A DNA stretch of 64,000 nucleotides from a candidate division WOR-3 bacterium (GTDB lineage: Bacteria; Hydrothermota; 32-111), in assembly GCA_037481815.1 (NCBI GenBank), contig JBBFKX010000001.1, positions 1,373 through 65,372 on the forward strand. The letters are read 5' to 3'. The position numbers and the translations under genes were made by a program. Shown piece by piece: positions 52,049 to 62,388 of the stretch (its first letter is position 1; the number at the start of each line of letters is the position of its first letter). A model generated the notes under the pieces. The model did no database searches. It had not been told where the DNA came from and worked only from the letters and a program-made list of their open reading frames with translations.

Positions 52049-53333
52049 TGTTTATTTGATTATTTTCTCGCAGGAAACAACACTCATAATACCACCTTTT
52101 CAACATTCGATGGGTTATTATAAAGCGAATTCAACGATAGCAAAAATGGTGTTGAAGAAGAATGTAAAGTTTGAAAGGGTTGGAGGTATCTGTGCTTTGA
52201 AATTGAAACAACTCGATGATAGAACAACAGACAAGGATGATGCTATATTAACTTTGTTTGGTTTAAACAATCATCAGATAGTTTACAACGTTGGTTTAAG
52301 TAAAATAAAAACTTATGGTCAAAAAGGTAGAGGGGAGTCACCAGAATCTTTGTACTATCCTACTGATATAGTCGCTACAGCTGATGGTGAGATCTACATT
52401 TCCGATACTTACAATTTTAGAGTATTAAAATTTATTTACGATGAAGATTCTCTATTGTTTGAAAGGTCTTTTGGATCGTTTGGTATGGATTCTTTTTCTC
52501 TGAATATTCCAGAAGGTATAGATTATGACGGGAACGACAATCTTTTTATATGTGATAGCAGGAATGATCGAATTCTTGTGATAGATAAAAATTTTAACCC
52601 TTTTATGATCCTTGATAATATTCAGAATCCCCATTCAATCTGTGTTGTTGATCCTAAAAAAGGTTATCTGAATCTAAAAGAAAAAATTTTCCTTGTTGTC
52701 TCTTCGGATCGAAGAAGATTGCTCAAACTCGATTTTTATGGAAACATGATCAAAGAGTTTTTTTCTTTTGATATAACAAAATACAAAGATGTGGATTTCA
52801 ATTTTATCGATTACGATCAGAATGGTAACATTTATGTTACAGATACTATAAACAGTTGTATACACAAGTTTGATAGCGATTTAAAATACATAACGAGTTT
52901 TGGCAGAGAGGGAGCAGGGAAAAACCAGTTCTTAAAGCCAGAAGGTATATCGATCTATAGAAAGTATGGGCAGGTGTTTATATCTGAAAAAACTGGATTT
53001 CAATATTACTGGATAGGTGTTGATGGATATATTAAAGAGTTTACTCCTCCGGTTTTGACTGATACAACAGAAGGTTTGACGATTTCTCTTTTCACAACAG
53101 AACAATGCAGAGTCACAATAGAGATCACAAAAGATGGGAAGTTTGTTAGAGAGTTGACATCAGATCTTAGAAGGAATATCGGATTGAACTATATCGTATG
53201 GGATCTTAAAGATGACAAGGGCAACAGAATAGTTGAGAATGGGAAATATAAATTTAAAGTTATTCTTGAACCTTTATATTCTTCGAGGGGTTATTTTAAA
53301 AGGGAATTATATGGGGAGATTGAAAAGTTTTAG
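52008..53333 (+). CDS. NHL-repeat beta-propeller protein with a signal peptide.
   Basis: Repeated NHL-like blades: YPTDIVATADGEIYISDTYNFRVLKF, GIDYDGNDNLFICDSRNDRILVID, GNIYVTDTINSCIHKFD, PEGISIYRKYGQVFISE. Confidence 0.65.
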   Translation: MFLKRLTLLSIVFNVYLIIFSQETTLIIPPFQHSMGYYKANSTIAKMVLKKNVKFERVGGICALKLKQLDDRTTDKDDAILTLFGLNNHQIVYNVGLSKIKTYGQKGRGESPESLYYPTDIVATADGEIYISDTYNFRVLKFIYDEDSLLFERSFGSFGMDSFSLNIPEGIDYDGNDNLFICDSRNDRILVIDKNFNPFMILDNIQNPHSICVVDPKKGYLNLKEKIFLVVSSDRRRLLKLDFYGNMIKEFFSFDITKYKDVDFNFIDYDQNGNIYVTDTINSCIHKFDSDLKYITSFGREGAGKNQFLKPEGISIYRKYGQVFISEKTGFQYYWIGVDGYIKEFTPPVLTDTTEGLTISLFTTEQCRVTIEITKDGKFVRELTSDLRRNIGLNYIVWDLKDDKGNRIVENGKYKFKVILEPLYSSRGYFKRELYGEIEKF

Positions 53334-54096
53334 TTTTTTTGTTTTTCTTTTCTTTTTTTCTCTTTTGAACGCACAGAGGATCGTTTCATTTGCTCCAAAT
53401 ATTACAGAGACACTTTTCTTTCTATCTTACGATAGATATCTTGTTGGTCGAACATCTTTCTGTGATTATCCTGAAGAAGCAAAAAAGATCGAAATCGCAG
53501 GTTCTTTTATAGATGTTGATTTTGAAAAGTTGTTATATTTAAAGCCAGACATAGTTTTCTTTTCAGGTAATCTAACGGAGAAAACTGAAATCTTTTTGAA
53601 AGAAAAGAACATTAGATATTACAATATCAAAATGGAAAAAATAGACGATATCATAGAAGGTATAAAAAATATAACAGAGATCGTTGGGAAAGATTATGAT
53701 ACTGTGAAGGTGAACGATTTAAGAAATAGAATCTCAAATATTAAAAAGATTGATGATGGGAAGAAGGTTATCGTTGAAGTGAGTGAGAAACCTTTTATGG
53801 TTGCAACATCTTCAAGTTATATTGGCTCTCTTTTAAAACTTTCAGGTTATAAAATTGTAGAAAGTGAAAAACCTTACATAAACCTTTCATATGAAAAGAT
53901 TCTCTCTTTTAAACCAGACATTGTTGTATTTATGCATACATTTCATGATGCGAAGAACAAATATTCATTGTTGAAAAATTTTAAAAAGATGAAGTTTCTT
54001 TTTCTTGATGATGAAAAAATAGATATTTTTTCAAGACCGGGCCCAAGAGTTGTGGATGCCATAGATATAATCGAAAAGGATTTTTGTGAAAGATAA
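53311..54096 (+). CDS. ABC transporter periplasmic substrate-binding protein (class III / TroA-BtuF-like; iron-siderophore or cobalamin).
   Basis: Signal peptide, then RIVSFAPNITETLFFLS...DIVFFSG, typical of BtuF/FhuD-like binding proteins. Start chosen at MGRLKSF. Confidence 0.65.
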   Translation: MGRLKSFSFFVFLFFFSLLNAQRIVSFAPNITETLFFLSYDRYLVGRTSFCDYPEEAKKIEIAGSFIDVDFEKLLYLKPDIVFFSGNLTEKTEIFLKEKNIRYYNIKMEKIDDIIEGIKNITEIVGKDYDTVKVNDLRNRISNIKKIDDGKKVIVEVSEKPFMVATSSSYIGSLLKLSGYKIVESEKPYINLSYEKILSFKPDIVVFMHTFHDAKNKYSLLKNFKKMKFLFLDDEKIDIFSRPGPRVVDAIDIIEKDFCER

Positions 54097-55027
54097 AAAA
54101 TTTTTGATTTTCATTCTTCTGTTTGTTCTGATTTCCATATTTTATATAAACTTTAAAATATCAACTTTTGAAAATGATGTAAAAGATGAAATTTTGAAGT
54201 TAAGGGTTTTCAGATACATACTTGCTCTTTTTACGGGAATGGTTTTAACATCATCTGGTGCTACTATGCAGATACTTTTCAAAAACCCTTTGCTTGATCC
54301 TTATGTCCTGGGGATTTCAGGTGGAGGACTTTTTGGTTTTCTTCTCTCGTCGATCTATTTTAAGGGAGACCTTCTGGTTTCAATCCTTTTCTCCTTTCTT
54401 TTTTCAACAATTTCTTCATTGATTTCACTTTCATTTTCACTCAAAATAAAAGGTGATAAAAAAGTTTCGATTTTGATCTCTGGTCTGCTTGTGAACATAC
54501 TCTTTTCATCTCTTGTTATCATATTTTCAATTTTTTCAAAAAATGATATAACTTTTCTCTTCTATGCTCTGATGGGATCTTTGAATCATATTTTTATATC
54601 TTCAAATTTATACATTTACATCTTCTTGTCTTTAACTTTGATCTTAACCTTTTTGTTTGTTCTTTTCAAAACGAAAGAACTTGATATCATATCGATAGAT
54701 GAGGATATTGCCAAAACGAGTGGAGTTAATGTGAAAAGGGATTTTCTTTTGATTTTATTGGTGTTAATTTACCAGACATCTTTGATCGTTTCTTTTGTTG
54801 GAATGATAGGTTTTGTTGGAATTATAATCCCAAACATCCTCAGAATTTCTGGAGTTTTGAAAAGTCGTGACCTGATTCTCTATTCCTTTGTGGTTGGTGG
54901 ATTCTTGATCCTCTTCGCTGATTTTATAAGTAAATATTCTTTTTCATTTGAACTTCCAATTGGTGTTGTTTTATCCCTTTTTTCTTTACCTTTTCTTTTT
55001 ATGATCGTTAAAAAAAATTTTGAGTGA
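54086..55027 (+). CDS. ABC transporter permease (FecCD/BtuC family).
   Basis: Multi-TM protein containing a FecCD signature region. Confidence 0.65.
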   Translation: MKDKKFLIFILLFVLISIFYINFKISTFENDVKDEILKLRVFRYILALFTGMVLTSSGATMQILFKNPLLDPYVLGISGGGLFGFLLSSIYFKGDLLVSILFSFLFSTISSLISLSFSLKIKGDKKVSILISGLLVNILFSSLVIIFSIFSKNDITFLFYALMGSLNHIFISSNLYIYIFLSLTLILTFLFVLFKTKELDIISIDEDIAKTSGVNVKRDFLLILLVLIYQTSLIVSFVGMIGFVGIIIPNILRISGVLKSRDLILYSFVVGGFLILFADFISKYSFSFELPIGVVLSLFSLPFLFMIVKKNFE

Positions 55028-55785
55028 ATATGATAAAGATAAAAGATTTAAAATTTTCATATACAAAGGATAAGGAGTTTATTAAAATAGATCAACTGGT
55101 TATTAACGAAAAAGGAATATATTCTTTGATAGGAGAGAATGGATCGGGTAAAACAACATTTCTAAAACTTTTATGTAAAATTTTGACTGACTATGAGGGA
55201 GAAATAGATCTTTTTGGTAGAGAAATTAAAACTTTATCTGAAAATGATATCTCTCAAATTATCTCCTACATACCACAAAAGATTTACCTTTATTATGATT
55301 TTCCGGTTTTTGAATTTATAAAATATGGAAGATATTTAAAAATGGATATTTTTGGTAATCTTTCTTTGAAAGATTATCAAGAGATAAATCTTTTGATGGA
55401 AAAACTTGAAATTGGGCATTTAAAAAACAGGAACTGTTTTTCTTTGAGTGGGGGAGAGATGCAACTCGTTCAACTCGCAAGGGCTATTTTTCAAGGTGGA
55501 AAGATAATTGTTATGGATGAACCGTTCTCTAACATAGATTTCAGACACAGAAAAAAAATCATTAAAATAATCGATGAAATAAAACCTGAAAAGATTATTT
55601 TGATTTCTTCACATGATCTTGGAATATGTTTCAACATTTCTGATAAAATCATCGGGCTTAAGAATGGAAAAATCGCCGGGTTCGGAGAGAAGGAGCATAT
55701 GAAAAGTAAACTTGCAACCATTTTTGAAACAGAAATAGAATTTGTCGAGGATAAAGGAAAAATTTATTTTTATGAAGGAGTTTAA
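55024..55785 (+). CDS. ABC transporter ATP-binding protein (BtuD/FepC-like).
   Basis: Walker A GENGSGKTT. Signature LSGGEMQ. Walker B IIVMDEP. Confidence 0.85.
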   Translation: MNMIKIKDLKFSYTKDKEFIKIDQLVINEKGIYSLIGENGSGKTTFLKLLCKILTDYEGEIDLFGREIKTLSENDISQIISYIPQKIYLYYDFPVFEFIKYGRYLKMDIFGNLSLKDYQEINLLMEKLEIGHLKNRNCFSLSGGEMQLVQLARAIFQGGKIIVMDEPFSNIDFRHRKKIIKIIDEIKPEKIILISSHDLGICFNISDKIIGLKNGKIAGFGEKEHMKSKLATIFETEIEFVEDKGKIYFYEGV

Positions 55786-55786
55786 A

Positions 55787-57103
55787 ATGTTAAAAAAACT
55801 TTTTATAGTATTATCATTGGTTTTAGTTGTTTTTCTTGAAGCGGAGCATGTCAGAAATATTTCTCTTGAGAACAAAACATTTACAAAAGAAGATTTTATT
55901 AAAAAACAAATGACATTCTATTCTTCTGAAACTGTTGATAGTGCTGATATTGAGAAGAGTAAACTTAACCTTTTGAAAACTGAACTTTTTGGTGAGGTTG
56001 TGATAGATGTTTTTAAAGTTGATAGTGGTTTTGAAGAGAAAATTGATCCTGAATTGTTAAGAAAGGATAATATTGATGACACAGTTGATGTTAGAATAAC
56101 AGCAAAAGAGATGCTTGTCTTTCTACCATCACTTGGATTTTCAACAACAAAACCATACTCGATAACTCTTGGTGCTTCTTATGGAAACCTTTTTGCCCAG
56201 AGGCATAAGATAGAACTCGCATTTACTTTTCTTGATGTGAAAGGTGTTTACCTTCTGTACTCTATTCCAACAGTTTATTCAAGAAAATACTCTGGTGAAT
56301 ATAAGATTTTTTATACTCAGAACAACAGGGATATCCTTGATATAGTTGAATACCATAAAGGTGTATATCTTGGAACAGGTTATTCTTTCATTCAGGATCT
56401 ATCAACGCAACTGATCCTTGGTTTTGATCGTGTGAGTTTTAAAGATGATACTTTCTCTTTGTCTTACAAGAGTGGTGACCTTAAAGGTTATGATGAGTTT
56501 CTGCAATCAGGTGTAAAGTTGACTCTGAATAAAAAGAATGATCCATTCTTCCCAACTTCTGGAAATTATGATGAATTAATATTTTTGTATGAAAAGAATT
56601 TCTGGGGGACAGATATTGAAAGAATAAAATTCAGTTTCAACAATGTGAACTTTTTTAAATTCTTCAAGGGAACCATTGCTTTTCGTAACAAATTTTTGTT
56701 ACAGAATGGAACTTTGACCTATTATAATCTCTCTGAGCCAGATGCTTTTGAGAATAGGGCAGTTTCTGAAAATGATATAACCGATTTCAACAGGTATTCC
56801 GGGACTCTGGAGTTAAGATATCCTCTTTTTAAAATACCTTTTGAGTATCCTATAATTGGCAGAATTTCGTTCAACTATATTGTTACTCTTTTTGCTGACT
56901 GGACAACAACCGCAAACGATTTTAAAGATTTAAAACTGTTTCAAAAGGATAGATATTTTTACGGGTATGGAGTCGGTTTTATGTTTTTCACGGAGATCTT
57001 TGACCCTAAAGGTATACAGATTGGTTTTTCACCTGTTGATGGTTATAGTGATATTTTCAAAAAGTTGAAATACAATATATTTTTACTCTGCTGGAACTTT
57101 TGA
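55787..57103 (+). CDS. Putative outer-membrane beta-barrel protein (Omp85 / surface-antigen-like).
   Basis: Signal peptide MLKKLFIVLSLVLVVFLEA. Alternating amphipathic beta-strands. C-terminal aromatic-rich end FLLCWNF. Start at MLKKLF; the track's upstream extension was rejected. Confidence 0.4.
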   Translation: MLKKLFIVLSLVLVVFLEAEHVRNISLENKTFTKEDFIKKQMTFYSSETVDSADIEKSKLNLLKTELFGEVVIDVFKVDSGFEEKIDPELLRKDNIDDTVDVRITAKEMLVFLPSLGFSTTKPYSITLGASYGNLFAQRHKIELAFTFLDVKGVYLLYSIPTVYSRKYSGEYKIFYTQNNRDILDIVEYHKGVYLGTGYSFIQDLSTQLILGFDRVSFKDDTFSLSYKSGDLKGYDEFLQSGVKLTLNKKNDPFFPTSGNYDELIFLYEKNFWGTDIERIKFSFNNVNFFKFFKGTIAFRNKFLLQNGTLTYYNLSEPDAFENRAVSENDITDFNRYSGTLELRYPLFKIPFEYPIIGRISFNYIVTLFADWTTTANDFKDLKLFQKDRYFYGYGVGFMFFTEIFDPKGIQIGFSPVDGYSDIFKKLKYNIFLLCWNF

Positions 57104-59470
57104 TCAACTTCTGAGAGTGTAACCTTTATCTTTGATAAACTGGATGAACTGATTCTGAAATTCTGAAATCTCTTCACCTGTTAAGGTTTTCTGATCGCTT
57201 CCTATCGTGAATCTTACGGTGACTGATTCAAAGCCTTCAAGTATATTTTCTCCAGAGTATATATCGTAGATCTTAAAATCTTTCACAAGTTCATTTTTAA
57301 ATTCTTTGATTTTTTGTTCAAAATCTATGAACAACTCTTTTTTATTTTTCAGTATTGAAAAATCAAGAATCGTTTGTGGGAATGTTGAAAATTGTTTGAA
57401 GAGGATACTTTTTTCAAATCCGTATATTTTTTCAATTTCGATTTCTGTAAAAGCGATAACGACTTTTTTATCAAGTAATGAGTTGATCTTTGGATGTATT
57501 ATTCCAAGGTATCCAACAGGTTCATAATTTTTGTCATCTAAGGAAAAGTATATATCAGCAGAAATTGATGGATTTATCAGTTGATGTTCTGTTGGATTTC
57601 TATACACAGGTTCTTTTCCTGTCAGCCTTTCAAATATATCGTTTAGAATCGATTTCAATTTGAAGAAAGATTTTTCTTCCTGGTTCTTTATCTTTTTATC
57701 AACAGAGATTATTCCCAATCTTTTGATTTCAGTGTTTTGATGGAATGTCTTTCCGATTTCGTATAAAGCGAACTGATCAAAATATTTCAGGTTTTCAAAT
57801 GAAAATTTCAAAAGTGTTGGAAGGAGTGTTGTTCTTAAGAGTTTGTTATCAATCGTTATCGGATTTTTTATCTCGATTTCACCACCTGTTTTGAAACCAA
57901 TTTTTTTGTTGAATTTATCATCATACCAGGGATGGGAATCTACTTCATTCAAATTATACTTGTAGGTTAAAAGGTCTTTTACAAGATTGTCCTTTTCGTT
58001 CTCAACATTCTTTATAGTTGCGCTGATCTGAAGTTTCGGAAGTACAGGTTTCACATTGTCGAAGCCATAGATCCTTACAACCTCTTCCACTATATCCTCT
58101 TTTATAGAAATGTCCTTTGTGCTTCTATATGTTGGTGCTGTTATTTTTATTCTATCCTTATCCTCTTCAACTTCAAACTCCAAAGATTTTAAAATACTTT
58201 TGATTCTCTCATTTTCAATTTCTATTCCTATGGTTTTTTTTATGTATGAATAGTCAGTATAGATGACATTTCTTTTGAAAGGATTGTAATTTTTATCAGT
58301 TATTGAACTTTCGATTTTTATATCTTTCTGGTTCTCTTTCAAGAGTTGAACATATCTCAAGCATCCGATAAGTGCATTTTCAGGATCAAGTGATTTTTCA
58401 AATCTTGCACTTGAATCAGTTCTGAGAGAGATCCTTGTGCTCATCTTTCTGATATGTGAAGCATCAAAATTTGCACTTTCAAGGAAGAGTGTTTGTGAAT
58501 CATCCCTTATGTCAGAGTTCCCACCACCCATTATTCCTGCAATTGCAACAGGTGTATCCTCGTTTTTTATCAGAAGAATTCCTTTTGGGAGTTTTCTATC
58601 GACCTTATCGAGAGTTTTGAAAACGAAATCCTCTTTTGCAGAATCGACAACGATTTTCTTGATACTGTTTCCATCAAAAGCGTGAAGTGGTTGCCCGATT
58701 TCCGTCATAACATAATTCGTAAGATCAACGATTATATTTCTTGGGACATGTCCTGTATTTGACAATCTTATCTGGATATTGAGCGGGGAGTGTTCAACTT
58801 TAATATTCCCGATCTTAACTCCCACATATCTATAACATTTTTCTCTATCGATTATCTCTATTGGAAATTCAGGCAGATCTTTTACATTGTTTTTATCAAA
58901 GATTTTTGGTTCTCTGTTGTCTCTTCCAAGAATCGCTTTGATCTCTCTTGAGAAACCAAAAATTCCCCAGAGGTCTGGTCTATGTGTTAAAGATTTGTTG
59001 TCGATTTCGATCACATAATCGTAATAATCTGTGAATTCGCCGATTTCGATTCCTGTTTTTATATCATGTGGTAGTTCAAAAAGACCTGAATGATCATTGT
59101 TGATCCCGAGTTCTTTTCCAGAAAGCAGCATACCTTCGGAAACTTCACCTGAAAAAGATTTTGTTGTTATCGTTTCACCATCAAGTTTTCCACCTGGTTT
59201 GATATGGAAGGTTTTTAAACCTTTTCTTGTGTTTGGAGCACCGCTAATAACCGTATACTCTTTGTCAGAAACAACTCTACATTTGAAATGTTTTTCATCT
59301 ATTTTTACTGCTTCTAAAATTTCACATGTGTATATATTTGAATAGTCCTGATTTTTTGAATACACTCCCTCTGTTTCAGCGGTCTTCATCGTTAAAAGTT
59401 GAGAGAGTTCAAAAGGATCAATATCATCAACTTTTACAAAATCGTTTAACCATCTTAAAGATATTTTCAT
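57104..59470 (-). CDS. pheT: Phenylalanine--tRNA ligase beta subunit.
   Basis: 788 aa. tRNA-binding N-terminal, B3/B4 and B5 domains and a C-terminal anticodon-binding region characteristic of PheT. Immediately downstream of pheS. Confidence 0.85.
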   Translation of the reverse strand: MKISLRWLNDFVKVDDIDPFELSQLLTMKTAETEGVYSKNQDYSNIYTCEILEAVKIDEKHFKCRVVSDKEYTVISGAPNTRKGLKTFHIKPGGKLDGETITTKSFSGEVSEGMLLSGKELGINNDHSGLFELPHDIKTGIEIGEFTDYYDYVIEIDNKSLTHRPDLWGIFGFSREIKAILGRDNREPKIFDKNNVKDLPEFPIEIIDREKCYRYVGVKIGNIKVEHSPLNIQIRLSNTGHVPRNIIVDLTNYVMTEIGQPLHAFDGNSIKKIVVDSAKEDFVFKTLDKVDRKLPKGILLIKNEDTPVAIAGIMGGGNSDIRDDSQTLFLESANFDASHIRKMSTRISLRTDSSARFEKSLDPENALIGCLRYVQLLKENQKDIKIESSITDKNYNPFKRNVIYTDYSYIKKTIGIEIENERIKSILKSLEFEVEEDKDRIKITAPTYRSTKDISIKEDIVEEVVRIYGFDNVKPVLPKLQISATIKNVENEKDNLVKDLLTYKYNLNEVDSHPWYDDKFNKKIGFKTGGEIEIKNPITIDNKLLRTTLLPTLLKFSFENLKYFDQFALYEIGKTFHQNTEIKRLGIISVDKKIKNQEEKSFFKLKSILNDIFERLTGKEPVYRNPTEHQLINPSISADIYFSLDDKNYEPVGYLGIIHPKINSLLDKKVVIAFTEIEIEKIYGFEKSILFKQFSTFPQTILDFSILKNKKELFIDFEQKIKEFKNELVKDFKIYDIYSGENILEGFESVTVRFTIGSDQKTLTGEEISEFQNQFIQFIKDKGYTLRS

Positions 59471-59473
59471 ATT

Positions 59474-60511
59474 TTACCTGAACTGTTTTAAAAATCTTAA
59501 ATCACCGCTGTTTAAAAATCTAATATCGTTTATCTTATATCTCATCATAGCCAATCTGGTTAGTCCAAGTCCAAAAGCGAATCCATTGTATCTTTCCGTA
59601 TCTATTCCTCCATACTTTAAAACATTTGGATGGACCATTCCGCAGGGCACGAGTTCAAGCCATCCACTATGTTTACATGTAGAACAACCTTTACCATTAC
59701 ATATTATACATTTTATATCGAGTTCAAAACCTGGCTCAACGAACGGGAAGTATCCAGGTCTTAATCTAACATCTATATCTTCTTTATGGAAAATTTCTGA
59801 AAGAAGTGTCTTCATCGTTGCTATCAGGTTTGCGATCGTGATATTTTCATCTACAAGAAGTCCTTCAACCTGATAGAATGCGGTTTCATGTGAAGCATCT
59901 ATGGATTCATACCTGAAACATTTCCCTGGAGCGAATATTCTCAGTGGTGGTTTGAATTTTTCAAGTGTTCTTGATTGACAACTTGATGTGTGTGTTCTCA
60001 GGATCATTCCATTTAGCAGGAAGAATGTATCCTGCATATCCCTTGCAGGATGAGTGGAAGGAATGTTCAGTGCTTCGAAGTTGTAGTACTCTGTTTCCAT
60101 CTCTGGACCTGTGACAAGAGAAAATCCCATTCCAGTCAATATCCTTTCAACATCCCTTTTGATGAATGTTATCGGATGCAAAGATCCATCTCTATCTGAA
60201 AATACAGGTTTTGTGAAATCGATGCTCTGCTCTTTTAATTTTTTTTCAATCTCTTTCTTTTCAAAACTATCTTTTAAACTCTTTATTTTTTCTTCGATTT
60301 CAACTTTTTTTCTGTTTATTAAAAAACCCGCCTCTTTTTTCTCTTCGGGTGTTTTAAGTTCTCCTATAAACTTTAGAAATGAATGTAACTGGCTTTTTTT
60401 GCCAAGATATTTTATCTCGATCTCTTTGAGTTTTTCTAAAGAATTTATGGTCTCTATCTCTTTTTCGAATTCTTTAAAAAAAAGGTCAAGATTCTCTTTT
60501 AAATTTTTCAT
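59474..60511 (-). CDS. pheS: Phenylalanine--tRNA ligase alpha subunit.
   Basis: Class II aaRS motifs (FRxE region FRYESIDASHE, motif 3 GLGLTRLAMM). 345 aa. Confidence 0.9.
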   Translation of the reverse strand: MKNLKENLDLFFKEFEKEIETINSLEKLKEIEIKYLGKKSQLHSFLKFIGELKTPEEKKEAGFLINRKKVEIEEKIKSLKDSFEKKEIEKKLKEQSIDFTKPVFSDRDGSLHPITFIKRDVERILTGMGFSLVTGPEMETEYYNFEALNIPSTHPARDMQDTFFLLNGMILRTHTSSCQSRTLEKFKPPLRIFAPGKCFRYESIDASHETAFYQVEGLLVDENITIANLIATMKTLLSEIFHKEDIDVRLRPGYFPFVEPGFELDIKCIICNGKGCSTCKHSGWLELVPCGMVHPNVLKYGGIDTERYNGFAFGLGLTRLAMMRYKINDIRFLNSGDLRFLKQFR

Positions 60512-60548
60512 AACTTTACAATTGTATATAATTAAGAAATTTTTTCAA

Positions 60549-60580
60549 GTGGGAAGCCCCCTTTGTTTAAAGGGGGCAAA
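60549..60580. terminator. Hairpin (GCCCCCTTT-gttt-AAAGGGGGC) between the Lrp-RAM gene and the pheS promoter region.
   Basis: 9-bp GC-rich stem. A T-tract follows on the plus strand; on the minus strand the U-tract is poor, so function is uncertain. Confidence 0.45.
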
Positions 60581-60584
60581 TTTT

Positions 60585-60824
60585 TTAATCTCCGTTAACA
60601 ACTATACATGTAACGGTTCTCTGTATCCCATCAATTTTCTGAATTCTGTTGACTATCTCATCTGCAAGATGTTTTGTGGAATCAGCGTTCACAAGTGCGA
60701 TTATGTCATGGAGTCCGGTAACAACATGTGCGCTTTCAACTTCTTTCAATTTTTTTAATTCTTTCAAAACCATCAACGCTTTTCCTGCTTCGGTGTTGAT
60801 CAAAAGATAGGATAAAATTTTCAT
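60585..60824 (-). CDS. Stand-alone Lrp/AsnC-type RAM (ligand-binding) domain protein without an HTH.
   Basis: 79 aa. The alpha/beta sandwich pattern ALMVLK...VESAHVVTGLHDIIALVNADS resembles the C-terminal domain of AsnC/Lrp regulators. Confidence 0.5.
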   Translation of the reverse strand: MKILSYLLINTEAGKALMVLKELKKLKEVESAHVVTGLHDIIALVNADSTKHLADEIVNRIQKIDGIQRTVTCIVVNGD

Positions 60825-60834
60825 AAAACCTCCT

Positions 60835-62388
60835 TTATAAGAGAATTGTTACTTTTGTTCCTTTTGGTTCTCTATCTTTTATTTCTATGTATCCTCCAAC
60901 AGTATCAAGAATCTCTTTCACTATCGTGAGTCCAAGGCCTGTTCCAATTTTTGTGTGAACCTTTTCATCGTCCCTTTGAAATGGCTCAAATATTTTCGAT
61001 TTAATCTCTGTTGGTATTCCTGGTCCTTCATCTTCAATACTTATGATTTTTTTCCATTTGTTTTCAACAAGTCGTGTTCCTTCGTAGATGATCTCAACTT
61101 TTCCACCTTCAGGTGAAAATTTTATCGCGTTATCGATCAGTTGATGAAAAATATGTTTTATAGCGTTTGAATCCGCTCTGATGAGTATCTCTGAATCGAA
61201 GTTTGTTAACTTAAAGTGTATGTCCTTTTTAAAGATCTTCATCGTAAAGATGTTCCCTATCTCTATCAAAAGTTTTGATATATCGATCTCTTCCTCCTTC
61301 AATCCAAGCAGATCAGATGATTCTTTGTAATCGAGTATTGTTGAGAATATTGTTGAGAATCTTTCAGTTTCATTTTTTAAAATTGTTAAAAATTCTTTTT
61401 GTGTTGGGGTGAGTTCTGTTCCTTCAAAATCAGCAAGGAGTATCTGAACCGATCCTAAAATCGCGGTCATCGGTGTTCTGAGTTCGTGGGAGAGGTTTGT
61501 AACTATTTTTTGTTTTTCTTCGTTGATATCCTCTGTGTTTATAAAGTAGAAAAGAATGTTATGGATCATCTTATCTGGATTTATGTATTTTATTGTGAGA
61601 TTGTAGATTTCATCGAAATTATTGTTGATTCTGACATTTTTTAAAATTTTTTCTGTTGCTTTTGTTACTACCTCTTCAAAGATCTCTTTTAGTTCAACCT
61701 CTTCACCTGTATTCTTTGTTATTTTGAAAACTTCAAAGACATCCTTACCTAAAAGGTCGGATCTTTTTAAAACATTTTTTGTTTTTTCTGAAAAGTTTTC
61801 AATCTTTCCTGTTGTACTTGTCAAAAAGAAGGGGAATGGGAAACTTTCGATAATAGTTTTGTTGATAAGAAAAAGTTTCTTTTCAAAAAACTGGAATCTG
61901 TTTCTGTTCTGATCTAAAAATTCTCCAATTTTTAAAGACAAAGATTTTAAAACTTTTAAATCATCCTGTGTGAAAAGAGTGTTCTTTTCTCTGTTGAAAG
62001 ATATCAATCCACCTATCGTTTTGTTGCCTGAAAGAATGGCTGTTCCAACTATAGTTATCGGCATCACCGAAATCGCTGAGGATGAGTTTGGTTTAAAATG
62101 TTCAAATTCAAGAGATTTCGGAATCAAAACATCGTTGTTTTTGAATATATAACCTTCAACCGATTCATCCTCAAGTAAAGATTGGTAAAGAAGAACATTA
62201 TCGTTTTTACCGTATGTTGCAATATAAACCAATCTGTTTTCTATGTTTAAAAATATTCCAGAGGTCTGTGCTTTTATTATTCTGTTTATAGCAGCAAGAA
62301 TATATGTTAAATCGAAAGGACTGACGAGAGAAAGGTTTTCGATCTTTGAAAGAAGTGCTTTTGGATCATTTTCCTGTTCAAAAATCAT
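60835..62388 (-). CDS. Sensor histidine kinase with GAF and PAS sensory domains (cytoplasmic).
   Basis: H-box NLSHELRTPMTAILGSVQIL. N-box HQLIDNAIKFS. G-boxes DEGPGIP and GTGLGLTIV. No TM segments. Confidence 0.85.
   Translation of the reverse strand: MIFEQENDPKALLSKIENLSLVSPFDLTYILAAINRIIKAQTSGIFLNIENRLVYIATYGKNDNVLLYQSLLEDESVEGYIFKNNDVLIPKSLEFEHFKPNSSSAISVMPITIVGTAILSGNKTIGGLISFNREKNTLFTQDDLKVLKSLSLKIGEFLDQNRNRFQFFEKKLFLINKTIIESFPFPFFLTSTTGKIENFSEKTKNVLKRSDLLGKDVFEVFKITKNTGEEVELKEIFEEVVTKATEKILKNVRINNNFDEIYNLTIKYINPDKMIHNILFYFINTEDINEEKQKIVTNLSHELRTPMTAILGSVQILLADFEGTELTPTQKEFLTILKNETERFSTIFSTILDYKESSDLLGLKEEEIDISKLLIEIGNIFTMKIFKKDIHFKLTNFDSEILIRADSNAIKHIFHQLIDNAIKFSPEGGKVEIIYEGTRLVENKWKKIISIEDEGPGIPTEIKSKIFEPFQRDDEKVHTKIGTGLGLTIVKEILDTVGGYIEIKDREPKGTKVTILL

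Noticed and set aside
60512-60584. Possible Phe-rich leader peptide / attenuator upstream of pheS (as in the enterobacterial pheM).
   Set aside because: No short Phe-codon-rich ORF was found. There is only one hairpin, better explained as the terminator of the upstream gene, and no alternative anti-terminator pairing.
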